From assembly GCA_003210135.1 (NCBI GenBank), contig QCNK01000005.1:9683-73682 (forward strand): 64,000 nt of DNA, read 5' to 3'. Shown in pieces: positions 49,252-59,333 of the stretch. Each line of letters opens with the position of its first letter. The first letter of the stretch is position 1. The notes beneath the pieces were generated by a model. That model was not told where the DNA came from. It was given only the letters and a program-made list of their open reading frames with translations, and made no database searches. A program made the translations under genes and the position numbers. The stretch comes from Prochlorococcus sp. AG-424-P23. GTDB taxonomy: Bacteria; Cyanobacteriota; Cyanobacteriia; PCC-6307; Cyanobiaceae.

Positions 49252-49980
49252 ATGGCTATTAAAGAGCATAAAAGTTTGCAAGACTCAAAAATTCTTCTTG
49301 TAGAGGATGACAAGAGTATTAGGCTGACAGTCAGTGAGACTTTGAATAGCGAAGGTTTTAAAGTATCAAGTTTCAAAGATGGTTTAAGTGCTTTAGATTT
49401 TTTTACTAATGATTATAAAAATGATGTTGACCTAATAATTCTCGATTTAATGTTGCCAGGTTTAAATGGATTAGAGTTATGTAGAAAAATAAGAAATGAA
49501 GAAAATTATACACCCATACTAATTTTGAGTGCGAAAGATAATGAATCAGACAGGGTTCTTGGTTTAGAGGTTGGTGCAGATGATTATTTAACAAAACCTT
49601 TTGGTTTAAATGAATTAATTGCTAGATCAAGAGCCTTAATAAGAAGATCTAAACGTAATAAACAAAATATAGAAAAATCACAATCTGTCATCGAGTTTAA
49701 TCACATAAAAATGTTTCTGGAAGAATGTAGGGTAACTTCTTTTGATAGAGAAATAACATTATCTCCAAAAGAATTTAAATTATTAGAGTTATTTATGAAA
49801 AACCCCAAAAGGGTATGGTCAAGAGATTTAATACTTGAAAAAATTTGGGAAATTGACTTTATTGGTGATACTAAAACTGTAGATGTTCATGTTAGGTGGC
49901 TCAGAGAGAAATTAGAAGAAGATCCCTCATCTCCAAAGTTTCTTAAAACTGTTAGAGGTTTTGGATATAAGTTTGGATGA
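49252..49980 (+). CDS. phoB: Phosphate regulon response regulator
   Basis: OmpR-type receiver (LDLMLP, DDYLTKPF) and wHTH (KTVDVHVRWLREK, TVRGFGY); Pho-locus context. Confidence 0.92.
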   Translation: MAIKEHKSLQDSKILLVEDDKSIRLTVSETLNSEGFKVSSFKDGLSALDFFTNDYKNDVDLIILDLMLPGLNGLELCRKIRNEENYTPILILSAKDNESDRVLGLEVGADDYLTKPFGLNELIARSRALIRRSKRNKQNIEKSQSVIEFNHIKMFLEECRVTSFDREITLSPKEFKLLELFMKNPKRVWSRDLILEKIWEIDFIGDTKTVDVHVRWLREKLEEDPSSPKFLKTVRGFGYKFG

Positions 49981-51137
49981 AAATGAAAACTCTACAAGAA
50001 GTATTATCGTTTTTACATCAGAAGTGGAAAATAAAAGTTAAGCATTTTTCTCAATCCAAAGAAAAAAAATTTGAAGTTGATAAAAATAATGATAAAAGAA
50101 CTATTGATTTCCCATTTGACAAAATTAGACCTCAAGAAATGTTGTCTTGGTTGGATTATTCATCACAAGGATGGATAATCTTATCATCAGATCTAACAAT
50201 AAAATTTATTAATAAAAAGGCTTTATCTCTTATTAGGTTTATTAAATATAAAGATGTCATTGGAAAAGCAATTAATGATATTAATGAGCTTGAAGTACTG
50301 AGAAATAAAATTCTTTACTCAAGAAAAAAAGATTTCCCAATCAGTCTTGACTTCACTATTGCAGGAGAACCTATTTGGGCAAATATTATTAGAGGAAGCA
50401 AAAAGAATTATTTAATATTGTTGGAAAGTAAATTATCAATTGAATCCATAAAAAAACGACAAAATCAATTAATTAATGATGTGTCTCATGAACTGAAAAC
50501 CCCCCTTACATCTCTTATATTAATTGGGGAAAGACTGGAAGGAGTAATATCAAAAAAGGATAGGTATCTTGTTAAAAGGCTTAAGAAAGAGTCAAAGAGA
50601 TTGAGAAAAATGGCCGAAGAGACTTTAGAGCTTTCCAAGTTAGAAAGTAGCGAATCTTTTAATAAAAACAAAAAAATATCTATTTCAGATTTGGTTATGG
50701 AATCTTGGAAAACCTTAAAACCTCTCGCAGAAAAAAAAGATATAAAAATAAATTTATTTATACCAACAAAATATTACATTTCTGGTGATAATGAAAATTT
50801 AAAGAGAGCATTTATAAATATTTTGGATAATGCTATTCGTTACTCCCCAACAAATGAGGAAATCCAAATTGAAATTTTTAAAAGAGATAGCTCTGTTGTT
50901 ATAAGAGTTAGAGATAAAGGTATCGGATTAGAGGGAAATGAATCTAATGATATTTTTTCTCGTTTTTATAGAGGTGATCCATCAAGGACTAAATTTAGGA
51001 AAAGTGGTAGTGGTTTAGGTCTTTCAATAACAAAAAAAATAATCAATAACAATAAAGGTTTTATTAAGGCTTTTAATCATAAGGATGGTGGAGCGGTTAT
51101 TGAAACTATCTTTCCATGTCTTAATAAAGATTTATAG
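49977..51137 (+). CDS. phoR: Phosphate regulon sensor histidine kinase
   Basis: H-box DVSHELKTPLT, NILDNAIRYS, GSGLGLSI. Confidence 0.9.
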   Translation: MKMKTLQEVLSFLHQKWKIKVKHFSQSKEKKFEVDKNNDKRTIDFPFDKIRPQEMLSWLDYSSQGWIILSSDLTIKFINKKALSLIRFIKYKDVIGKAINDINELEVLRNKILYSRKKDFPISLDFTIAGEPIWANIIRGSKKNYLILLESKLSIESIKKRQNQLINDVSHELKTPLTSLILIGERLEGVISKKDRYLVKRLKKESKRLRKMAEETLELSKLESSESFNKNKKISISDLVMESWKTLKPLAEKKDIKINLFIPTKYYISGDNENLKRAFINILDNAIRYSPTNEEIQIEIFKRDSSVVIRVRDKGIGLEGNESNDIFSRFYRGDPSRTKFRKSGSGLGLSITKKIINNNKGFIKAFNHKDGGAVIETIFPCLNKDL

Positions 51138-51200
51138 GGCAAATTCAAATAAAAAGATAAGAAAAATAATTAATTTAATAAGAACAATTTTAGGTTAAAA

Positions 51201-51227
51201 AAAGGACCTCAATTTTAGAGGTCCTTT
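51201..51227. terminator. Bidirectional terminator between phoR and porin
   Basis: AAAGGACCTC-AATTTTA-GAGGTCCTTT. Confidence 0.8.
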
Positions 51228-51243
51228 AATTTTGTTAATCTGA

Positions 51244-52566
51244 TTAGAATTTAAATGTAGTAAGGAAGCCTAACCCAGTTGTGTCATCAATACCTGGAAC
51301 AGTTTCAGCTATGAAAGCAAAAGAGTCTAAAGTCACAGAGTCGTTTATTGGGTAGCTATATTTAATTTCATAAGCATAAAGCTCCTCAGCATTGTCATCT
51401 ATAGGACCATTAGTACCAATTCCTGCTTGGATTTTTCCTGGCCCCATCTCAGTTGATATTCCTACAGTCCACTGTGTTGAATTTTCATCAGTTGCAAGAT
51501 CTGCATCCATGAATTCAATACCCCCACTTAGTGTGAATTGCTCAGGAGAATAAAAAGCAGTTGCTCCAACATATGTGTTCTCAGCTCCTGCATCTTCTTT
51601 ACTGGAATAAGCAACAGTAAATCCATATGAATCGTTTTCATAGCCTAATGCAAAGCCATAGAAATCATCTCCTTCCTCTGTGAACATTCCGGCATTGGTT
51701 TCACCATCATCGGCAGAAACTCCGAGACCAAATGACCAATTGTCACCAAAATCTCTTCCGGCACTAAGTGATACATCACCCCCTAAATCAACAGAATTTG
51801 ATGCTCCACAGTCAACTAAGTTGCGAACAACGCTTTTGTAAGAACAAGCATTTGGCCAGTTCTTAGATGCATCCATTGATTCACCTACAGATATATCCCA
51901 TACTCCTAATGGGAAGGTGTAGTTAACATCCTCTATTGCTAAATTATCACTAGTTTCGCCTAATGGGTCAATAGCTGCTGCAACTGAGTTTGCTACTTGA
52001 TTACCTGCAGCAATTTCAACATTTAATTTATCTTCTCCTGTAAAACTTGTATTTAAGTCAACTTCATAATGATAGTTGAACATTACAGCATCATTAGCAC
52101 TAGCATCTGTACTTTGTGCTGCGAGAAGTGCTTCCACCTTACCACTCATTGATGTGGTTGATGAAAAACTACCAGCCTCTATCGTATTTACGCGTGCTTC
52201 GAGGCCATCAACTCTTCCTTTCATGATTGCTAATTCGGAACCAAGTTCATCACTTAGCCTATCTATTGCAGCTCCGTTCATTAATCCTTCACCACCTGCA
52301 ATTAATCTTTTTAATTCAGCTGCAGCCTCAATACGATGAACTGGGGATCCATTGAATCTAGGACTATTTGAAAGATTTTTTAATGAATCATAAGCCCAAT
52401 CGCCTGGAACTAAGATGTCTGATTTGAAATCACCTGTTGAGATCACTTCAGGGGATTTGGTGAAAGGGGTGAATTCAGGTTGATTGATCTCAGCTGCATT
52501 TACTGCAAAACCTGAAGCCATTGAAATGATTGCTGGAGCAGCAATTAATTTTTGAAAAAGTTTCAT
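51244..52566 (-). CDS. Som-type outer membrane porin (Pho-locus)
   Basis: MKLFQKLIAAPA signal, SLH-like PGDWAYDSL...RIEAAA, FSSTTSMSG, terminal Phe (TTFKF); start placed at ATG 52566. Confidence 0.9.
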   Translation of the reverse strand: MKLFQKLIAAPAIISMASGFAVNAAEINQPEFTPFTKSPEVISTGDFKSDILVPGDWAYDSLKNLSNSPRFNGSPVHRIEAAAELKRLIAGGEGLMNGAAIDRLSDELGSELAIMKGRVDGLEARVNTIEAGSFSSTTSMSGKVEALLAAQSTDASANDAVMFNYHYEVDLNTSFTGEDKLNVEIAAGNQVANSVAAAIDPLGETSDNLAIEDVNYTFPLGVWDISVGESMDASKNWPNACSYKSVVRNLVDCGASNSVDLGGDVSLSAGRDFGDNWSFGLGVSADDGETNAGMFTEEGDDFYGFALGYENDSYGFTVAYSSKEDAGAENTYVGATAFYSPEQFTLSGGIEFMDADLATDENSTQWTVGISTEMGPGKIQAGIGTNGPIDDNAEELYAYEIKYSYPINDSVTLDSFAFIAETVPGIDDTTGLGFLTTFKF

Positions 52567-52648
52567 GAACCTCAACACGTAAAAAAGGATATAGATCCAA
52601 TTTCAAGAGAACGAATTAAGGTTAAAAAATGATTAAGGAGTAAAGTCA

Positions 52649-52741
52649 AAAAGGAAAATTTAAATAGATCTTAAACCCCACTTAAAATTAAAAGGAAAAT
52701 TTAAATAGACCTTAAACCCCACTTAAATTAAAAGGAAAATT
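52649..52741. repeat. Tandem 41/40-bp duplication containing Pho-box-like half-sites
   Basis: AAAAGGAAAATTTAAATAGA(T/C)CTTAAACCCCACTTAAA(A)TT twice plus a partial third copy. Confidence 0.9.
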
Positions 52742-52845
52742 GTCTACAAATTTAAAAAATTTTTATAAATAAAAATTAAAAATAATCAAAGTTTTTTAAA
52801 ATATTTTCGAAACCTAACGAAAAACAGCTCTAATCAAGATTTAGT

Positions 52846-52871
52846 TTAAGGGAGGGTTAAGAACTAATTAA
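52846..52871. promoter_or_regulatory. Pho-box-like triple repeat upstream of pstS
   Basis: TTAA at 52846, 52857, 52868 (11-bp period); reverse complement includes CTTAACCC. Confidence 0.55.
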
Positions 52872-52946
52872 TTAAAAGATAAACTTTTAATTTAAAAGTA
52901 TTTGTGTTCAAATTAAGTGCTATAAAGATGTAGTCTTCCTTAATTC

Positions 52947-53942
52947 ATGAAATCAATGAACATAGCTAAGAAAGCTTTAGTTTTCACTTCTTTAGTAGCC
53001 ATTGCTGCTGGTACAAGTGTTGCTGGCACAAGTGTTTCTGCTAGAACAAGATTAAGTGGTGCTGGAGCATCATTCCCTGCCAAAATTTATACTCGTTGGT
53101 TCAAAGATTTAGCCACTTCAGGCGGTCCAAGAGTAAACTATCAAGCTGTTGGTTCAGGTTCTGGAAGAAAAGCTTTTATTGATCAGACTGTAAACTTTGG
53201 TGCTTCTGATGATCCCATGAAAGATAAAGATATAGCCAAAGTTACTAGAGGATTAGTACAGATACCTATGGTTGGAGGTACTATTGCATTTGGTTATAAC
53301 TACGACTGCGATTTAAAACTTTCTCAAGAGAAAGCAGTACAAGTTGCTATGGGTATGGTTAAAAACTGGAAAGAATTAGGCTGTAAACCTGGTAAATTAA
53401 CTTGGGCACATCGTTCTGATGGTTCAGGTACAACTAAAGCTTTTACAAACTCTATGGAAGCTTTTTCAAAAACTTGGACATTAGGAACAGGTAAATCAGT
53501 TAAGTGGCCAGCAGGCGTTGGAGCAAAAGGTAATTCAGGTGTAGCAGGTGTTATACAAAATACTCCTGGTGCAATTGGTTATGTGAACCAGTCATACATA
53601 AAAGGAAATGTGAAAGCTGCTGCACTTCAAAATCTTTCTGGAGAATATGTAAAGCCTACAGTTGAAGCAGGAGCAAAAGCTCTTAATGGTATTACTTTAG
53701 ATGAAAATCTTGCTGGTAAAAATCCTAATCCAACAGCAAAAGGAGCATATCCTATAGCTTCATTGACATGGATACTCGCCTATGAAGAAGGTAATGGTAG
53801 AAACACTAAAGCTATCAAACAAGCCTTTAATACATTGTTAAGTGATGAGTATCAAGATAAAGCTCCATCACTTGGATTTGTTCCTTTGAAAGGAGATATT
53901 CTTGAGAAATCAAGAGCTGCTGTAAAAAGAATCGGTAAATAA
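52947..53942 (+). CDS. pstS: Phosphate ABC transporter substrate-binding protein
   Basis: GAGASFP, YQAVGSGSG, HRSDGSGTT, AYPIAS. Confidence 0.96.
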   Translation: MKSMNIAKKALVFTSLVAIAAGTSVAGTSVSARTRLSGAGASFPAKIYTRWFKDLATSGGPRVNYQAVGSGSGRKAFIDQTVNFGASDDPMKDKDIAKVTRGLVQIPMVGGTIAFGYNYDCDLKLSQEKAVQVAMGMVKNWKELGCKPGKLTWAHRSDGSGTTKAFTNSMEAFSKTWTLGTGKSVKWPAGVGAKGNSGVAGVIQNTPGAIGYVNQSYIKGNVKAAALQNLSGEYVKPTVEAGAKALNGITLDENLAGKNPNPTAKGAYPIASLTWILAYEEGNGRNTKAIKQAFNTLLSDEYQDKAPSLGFVPLKGDILEKSRAAVKRIGK

Positions 53943-53960
53943 ATCGTAAGACAAACATTT

Positions 53961-53990
53961 AAAAGGGGGAATTTATTTCCTCCTTTTTTT
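53961..53990. terminator. Terminator between pstS and chrA
   Basis: AAAAGGGGGAA-TTTA-TTTCCTCCTTTT then T-run. Confidence 0.72.
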
Positions 53991-55216
53991 TATGCAAACA
54001 AATATTTTGACAAACCTAATATTAAAGAAAAAAGAATAAGTATGTATGTTGGAACTACTTTTAAAAAAGATAATAGTGTGGAGATTAAAACTATAAAAAT
54101 AGAGCTAATTAAAAAGTATTTTGATGAAAAACTATCTTCAATTAAATTAAAGCCAGAAAAAATAACTGCTCCTGGAATTGTATTGACTACTCCTTCGATA
54201 AAGTAATTAACAGATTTAAATCTGTTTTTTATGAAGCCTTTTCCAAAAACAAAAATCAATAAAAAACTTGGTATAAAAATTGCAAAAGTTGATATAAATG
54301 AATACTTTAAAGCTTCATTTATTCCTCCCACCGAAAACCCAGCTTTGTATCCAATAAAACTTGTAGTTAATAAGACAGGACCAGGTGTTATCTGGCCAAT
54401 CATTATCCCATCTATAAATTCATTATTTGTTAACCATCCTTGTGAGACAACATAATCACTCATTAGAGGAATGATTACTAATCCCCCTCCAAAAATAAAA
54501 AGTCCAGATTTAAAGAAGAAAAAAAACAGATTAAGATAATCTATTACAAACTTTGAGTTTGCAGAGAGCTTCAAAAAATTATAAAACTTGGCAATATCCA
54601 AAAAGATTGAGCTATTTAAAAATGAGGTTGTCGAAAATATAGATAAAGGAACCAAGCTATAAAAAATATTTATCCATCTCTGTAAGAAAATATTTATCAA
54701 TCCTGAAATAGTAAGAATTGTTATGAGAGGAAATTGAATACTATTATATTTTGCAAATATAAGTAGAAATAATATTGAGCTAGAGAATAATACTCGATCT
54801 AACTTTAATCTTTTTTTTAAAAGAACTAATGAAAATGAAAAAATTATTCCTGCAATAAAAGGAGGATTAAAATAAATTAAATCATTTAGAAATTTTGATC
54901 CAGAATAAATTTGCCAAAAAAAGCTAAGAAATAATACCGAAATGAATCCTGGGATAATGAAACATATACCGGATATCAATCCACCAAGATAACCATTAAT
55001 TTTAAGACCTATATATATTGCTAATTGAGTGGATATTGGCCCTGGAAGCAATTGACATAATCCAATACCTTTTTCAAAAGATTGGGTTGAGATCAATTTT
55101 TTATTATTTATAAGTTCATCTTCGAACAAAGAAATATGAGCATATGGTCCTCCAAAACTGAAAATACCAATTTTAAGAAAAATTTTTGCAAGTTCAATTA
55201 AGGATATTTTTGCCAT
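53990..55216 (-). CDS. chrA: Chromate efflux transporter
   Basis: SFGG...QLLPGP and FGGG...QITPGP repeats. Confidence 0.9.
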   Translation of the reverse strand: MAKISLIELAKIFLKIGIFSFGGPYAHISLFEDELINNKKLISTQSFEKGIGLCQLLPGPISTQLAIYIGLKINGYLGGLISGICFIIPGFISVLFLSFFWQIYSGSKFLNDLIYFNPPFIAGIIFSFSLVLLKKRLKLDRVLFSSSILFLLIFAKYNSIQFPLITILTISGLINIFLQRWINIFYSLVPLSIFSTTSFLNSSIFLDIAKFYNFLKLSANSKFVIDYLNLFFFFFKSGLFIFGGGLVIIPLMSDYVVSQGWLTNNEFIDGIMIGQITPGPVLLTTSFIGYKAGFSVGGINEALKYSFISTFAIFIPSFLLIFVFGKGFIKNRFKSVNYFIEGVVNTIPGAVIFSGFNLIEDSFSSKYFLISSIFIVLISTLLSFLKVVPTYILILFSLILGLSKYLFA

Positions 55217-55246
55217 TTAAATATTCTAATTTCTAAAAATTAGTTT

Positions 55247-56506
55247 TTATGGTGATGATAAGCTTTGTTTGATTGATGGTAACTTAAGACTCGAAATCCA
55301 AGATAATAATATTAGAAGTGATGAAAAATAAAGACAATATTGAAGACCAATACTCGGATTTCTCCCAATCATAAATAGTAAGCCAGATAGTAATGTTCCA
55401 ACTAGTCTTCCAGCAGCATTTGCCATGTAATAGAAGCCAACATTTAAACTGACTTTTTCATTATCTGAGTAGGCCAAAATCATATAAGAATGTGTAGAGG
55501 AATTCATTGCAAAAACAAATCCAAAAATAGTAAGTCCTAAAATTATTGCTATCGATGGAGAACTTTCTCTCCATAATGCGACTCCTATCAAAGCTGGTAT
55601 GACCATTAATACGGCACTCCAAAATTGGATAGCTTTACGATCTGGACTTTCTTTCTGTCCCCATATCTTTCTAATTGCTGGAGCCGAAGCCTGAACAATT
55701 CCATAACCTATTACCCAGGCCCCAAGAAATAATCCTATTTCCATGTAGTCCCAACCAAATGCCATATCTAGGAATACTGGAAGAGCTACAACAAACCAAA
55801 CATCTCTTGCTCCAAAAAGAAAGAATCTTGCTGCTGAAAGAATATTTATTGCATTTGATTTTGAAAAAAGATCATTAAAAGCTGGTTTGATTTTCATCTT
55901 GCCAATTTCTCCAGGCAAAATTAATGTCAATAAAAACGCTAAGCAGAGTCCAAAACCCATAATTCCTACAGCATTATTGAATCCAAATAACTTATATAAA
56001 AGTCCACCCAAGAAAAAGCCAACTCCCTTAAGAGCATTTTTAGATCCAGTTAAAATAGCAACCCATTTAAAAAGTTGTTTTTGGCCAGTATCATTGCCAT
56101 CATTTTTCTCTGGAACTACTGTCTTAACAGCACTTTTAGCACTCATTTTGTTTAAATCTTTTGCTATCCCACTAACTGCTTGTGCAACCATAACGTATGC
56201 AACACTAAAAATTACTGGCCAATCTTCTTTAACTGGAATAAGCATAAAAAGAGCGATGATTTGCAGGATAGTCCCAATCCATAAAGTAAGCCTTAATCCA
56301 TATCTTGCTCCTATCCAACCACCATATAGATTAGTAATTATTCCAAAAAACTCATAAAAAAGGAAAAGTAAAGCAATTTGTAGAGTTGTGTAACCTAGCT
56401 CATGAAAGTGACCAACAACCAACAATCTTAATGCGCCGTCAGTAAGCGTGAATGCCCAATAGTTTGCTGTTACAACACTATATTGTTGAATATTAGATAA
56501 CTTCAT
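55247..56506 (-). CDS. arsJ: Organoarsenical efflux MFS transporter
   Basis: NYWAFTLTDGALR, KDLNKMSAKS, LTGSKNALKG, ARDVWFVV, VGFYYMANAAGRL. Confidence 0.92.
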   Translation of the reverse strand: MKLSNIQQYSVVTANYWAFTLTDGALRLLVVGHFHELGYTTLQIALLFLFYEFFGIITNLYGGWIGARYGLRLTLWIGTILQIIALFMLIPVKEDWPVIFSVAYVMVAQAVSGIAKDLNKMSAKSAVKTVVPEKNDGNDTGQKQLFKWVAILTGSKNALKGVGFFLGGLLYKLFGFNNAVGIMGFGLCLAFLLTLILPGEIGKMKIKPAFNDLFSKSNAINILSAARFFLFGARDVWFVVALPVFLDMAFGWDYMEIGLFLGAWVIGYGIVQASAPAIRKIWGQKESPDRKAIQFWSAVLMVIPALIGVALWRESSPSIAIILGLTIFGFVFAMNSSTHSYMILAYSDNEKVSLNVGFYYMANAAGRLVGTLLSGLLFMIGRNPSIGLQYCLYFSSLLILLSWISSLKLPSIKQSLSSP

Positions 56507-56517
56507 AAAGACACAAA

Positions 56518-57540
56518 TTAAATCTCTTTTTTGATTACATATTCAGTAAGATCTGCAAGTCTGCAGCTGTAACCCCACTCGTTGTCATACCAAGCGTATA
56601 TCTTTAATAAATTTGAATTAACAACCATCGTTGATAAACTATCAACTATTGAACTTCTAGAGTCATTTACATAATCTGCAGAAACTAAAGGTCTTTCTTC
56701 GTAGCCAAGAATTCCTTTTAAATAAGTTTCTGAAGCTTCCTTTAGTGCCATATTTACTTGTTCAGTTGTCACTTCTTTATTTAATTCAAAAACTGCATCT
56801 GTTAAAGAACCATTAAGTAGAGGAATTCTTACTGCATGTCCATTTAATTTTCCTTTTAATTCTGGAAAGATCTCAGCGATAGCTTTAGCAGATCCAGTGG
56901 TAGTAGGTATTAAACTTTGCATACATCCTCTTGCTCTCCTCAAATCACTTTTATAAAAATCTACAGGAACTTGAGTGTTCGTCACATCGTGAATAGTTGT
57001 AATAGCACCGTGTTTAATTGAAAAATTTTCATTAATTACCTTTACTATCGGAGCTAAACAATTTGTAGTGCAGGATGCTGCAGTTACTAATTTATGTTTG
57101 GAAGGGTCATAAAGATTTTGATTTATGCCATAAACAACATTAAGTGATTCAGCTTCTGCAACAATTCCCTTTACTGGACAAGCTACTATTACTCTTTTCA
57201 TCCCTAGAGAATCAAAATAGGGATTTAGTTTGTCTGGCTTTTTATTCTTTCCTGTACATTCCAAAATAATATCTACAGAAGATTTTTGCCAAGGAACATC
57301 AAGGTAATTTTTAAAAGATGTGTAGGTTAATTTCTTTCCATCAATTATTATTTCTTTTTCTTTAACCTTTATATCTTTCCTCCATCTGCCATGGACTGAA
57401 TCGAATTCGAGTAGATGCGCAGCGGCATTCGAATCTCCTGCTATCTCATTAATGTGAGTTATTTCTATATCAGCTCTATCCCATAATGCTCTGAAAACTA
57501 ATCTGCCAATTCTTCCAAAACCATTAATTCCAATTTTCAT
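56518..57540 (-). CDS. gap3: ArsJ-associated glyceraldehyde-3-phosphate dehydrogenase
   Basis: [28 protein letters not shown]; adjacent to arsJ. Confidence 0.9.
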   Translation of the reverse strand: MKIGINGFGRIGRLVFRALWDRADIEITHINEIAGDSNAAAHLLEFDSVHGRWRKDIKVKEKEIIIDGKKLTYTSFKNYLDVPWQKSSVDIILECTGKNKKPDKLNPYFDSLGMKRVIVACPVKGIVAEAESLNVVYGINQNLYDPSKHKLVTAASCTTNCLAPIVKVINENFSIKHGAITTIHDVTNTQVPVDFYKSDLRRARGCMQSLIPTTTGSAKAIAEIFPELKGKLNGHAVRIPLLNGSLTDAVFELNKEVTTEQVNMALKEASETYLKGILGYEERPLVSADYVNDSRSSIVDSLSTMVVNSNLLKIYAWYDNEWGYSCRLADLTEYVIKKEI

Positions 57541-57565
57541 TACTTTGAAATCTCCTATTGAAATT

Positions 57566-57620
57566 ATACATCAAAATATTTTGATGTATCAAGATATTTT
57601 ATTAATGAAATCTTTTTGAT
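57566..57620. promoter_or_regulatory. ArsR operator array
   Basis: Perfect 24-bp palindrome 57566-57589; ATCAA-N6-TTGAT exact at 57570, two mismatches at 57588, one at 57605. Confidence 0.75.
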
Positions 57621-57635
57621 TTAAGCTATATTAAA

Positions 57636-57977
57636 GTGAATTTAATTACTTTAAAATTGTTAAAAGAGAGTAGCAAAGTAAAAAAAGAAAATATATCTAA
57701 GTTGATGGTTTCATTTTCTGATCCTTTTAGGCTAAAAATAATTGACCTAATGATGGATGGAGAAGTTTGTGTTTGCGATATTATGAAATTAACTAATTTA
57801 TCTCAATCAAGAATTTCATATCACATAAAAATTTTGAAGGAAGCTGGTCTTATCTCAGACAGACAAGAAGGTAGATGGGTGTACTACAGGCTAAATAAAG
57901 AAGCTCTCTTTTTGATCAAGGAATGGATAACTTCTTTGACAGATTATTCCTCAAATAGAAAACGTTGCTGCGAATAA
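57636..57977 (+). CDS. arsR: ArsR/SmtB family repressor
   Basis: SDPFRLKI, EVCVCD, SQSRISYHIKILKEAGL, GRWVYY, C-terminal CC. Confidence 0.92.
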   Translation: MNLITLKLLKESSKVKKENISKLMVSFSDPFRLKIIDLMMDGEVCVCDIMKLTNLSQSRISYHIKILKEAGLISDRQEGRWVYYRLNKEALFLIKEWITSLTDYSSNRKRCCE

Positions 57978-57994
57978 ATATATTTTAGATTTTA

Positions 57995-58201
57995 TTAATT
58001 AACTTCTGATTCCCTATCATAAGTCATTCCTGATTGTTCCATCCATTCAGCTTTTGTTTTGCAATTTTGTTTGTGATTAAAGATGTGAAAACCTTCAATA
58101 ATAATCATTATGGATAAAAGCAAAACAGGAATAAAATATACAGGAGAAGATATTACTTCTTTATATTTGATTTGAGCAATGAATTCCCTGTATTTAAGCA
58201 T
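57995..58201 (-). CDS. Small membrane protein (68 aa)
   Basis: TM segment PVYFIPVLLLSIMIII. Confidence 0.55.
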   Translation of the reverse strand: MLKYREFIAQIKYKEVISSPVYFIPVLLLSIMIIIEGFHIFNHKQNCKTKAEWMEQSGMTYDRESEVN

Positions 58202-58379
58202 CTCGTCAGTTTCTATTTTTGGAATAATATATTAGTTTGGTTAAGTAAAGTTAAAGAAAAATTTGTTTAGGAAATTAAGCATAAAGATGTTTACTTTTCA
58301 TGACTTTCATATACCTTTAAATTCTCTTAAAGTCTTTTAGTTCATTTAGTAGTAGATTTATAGGGATATTCTTTTTTTA

Positions 58380-59327
58380 ATGGAAGAGAAATTAACTCTT
58401 TTCAAGAATCGTAAAAGATTCGGTATCGAAAAAAATATAGATATTATCTTCAAGAATACTGCTCTAGTCTTGTCTAGTTTTGTAGCAATAATACTTTTAG
58501 GAATTATTTTAGTAGTCTTTTTTCAGTCTTTTGAATCCTTTTCAAGGTACGGCTTGAAGTTCTTAGTAACCTCTGAATGGAATCCTGTAAAAGATGAATA
58601 CGGAGCTTTTACCGCAATATATGGGACTTTGGTAACCTCATTTCTTTCGTTATTAATAACTATCCCTTTAGGCGTTGGAACTGCAATATTTATTACCGAA
58701 GACTTTGTGCCGAAAGTTTTTAGAGAAATAATAGGTTCTTTTGTTGAATTATTAGCAGCAATTCCATCTGTTGTATTGGGACTTTGGGCAATCTTTGTAA
58801 TGGAACCTTTTTTTAGAGCCTTTTTTGTCTTTTTACATAATTTCTTTGGTTGGATACCTTTATTCAGTACTGAACCTACAGGCAGGAATTCTTTGTTAGC
58901 AATATTGATTTTAGTAGTAATGCTTTTGCCAATAGTGACCTCCATTGCAAGAGATTCACTTAATCAAGTTCCTAAAAAGCTTAGAAATGCAGCATATGGA
59001 ATTGGAGCAAGTAGATGGAAAACAATATTTTCAGTGATTTTGCCGGCAGCATTATCAGGAATTATGGCAGGTGTTCTATTGGCTTTAGGTAGAGCAATGG
59101 GTGAAACAATGGCGGTCACAATGATTATTGGTAATTCCAATGCATTTAGTTGGTCTCTATTATCTCCTGGATATACCATTTCTTCCATGCTCGCAAACCA
59201 GTTTGGTGAAGCTGATGGAAGTCAGGTTTCATCTCTCTTTTATGCAGCTTTTGTACTGATGATCCTATCTTTAGTGGTTAATATCTTTGCGCAATGGCTA
59301 GTTAAGAAATTTAGTCTCAAATATTAG
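58380..59327 (+). CDS. pstC: Phosphate ABC transporter permease
   Basis: AAIPSVVLG, GRAMGETMAV, QFGEA. Confidence 0.95.
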   Translation: MEEKLTLFKNRKRFGIEKNIDIIFKNTALVLSSFVAIILLGIILVVFFQSFESFSRYGLKFLVTSEWNPVKDEYGAFTAIYGTLVTSFLSLLITIPLGVGTAIFITEDFVPKVFREIIGSFVELLAAIPSVVLGLWAIFVMEPFFRAFFVFLHNFFGWIPLFSTEPTGRNSLLAILILVVMLLPIVTSIARDSLNQVPKKLRNAAYGIGASRWKTIFSVILPAALSGIMAGVLLALGRAMGETMAVTMIIGNSNAFSWSLLSPGYTISSMLANQFGEADGSQVSSLFYAAFVLMILSLVVNIFAQWLVKKFSLKY

Positions 59328-59333
59328 ATAATT

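Noticed and set aside
58311-58350. Pho box upstream of pstC
   Set aside because: TTAA/TTAG cores are 10 bp apart, not 11.
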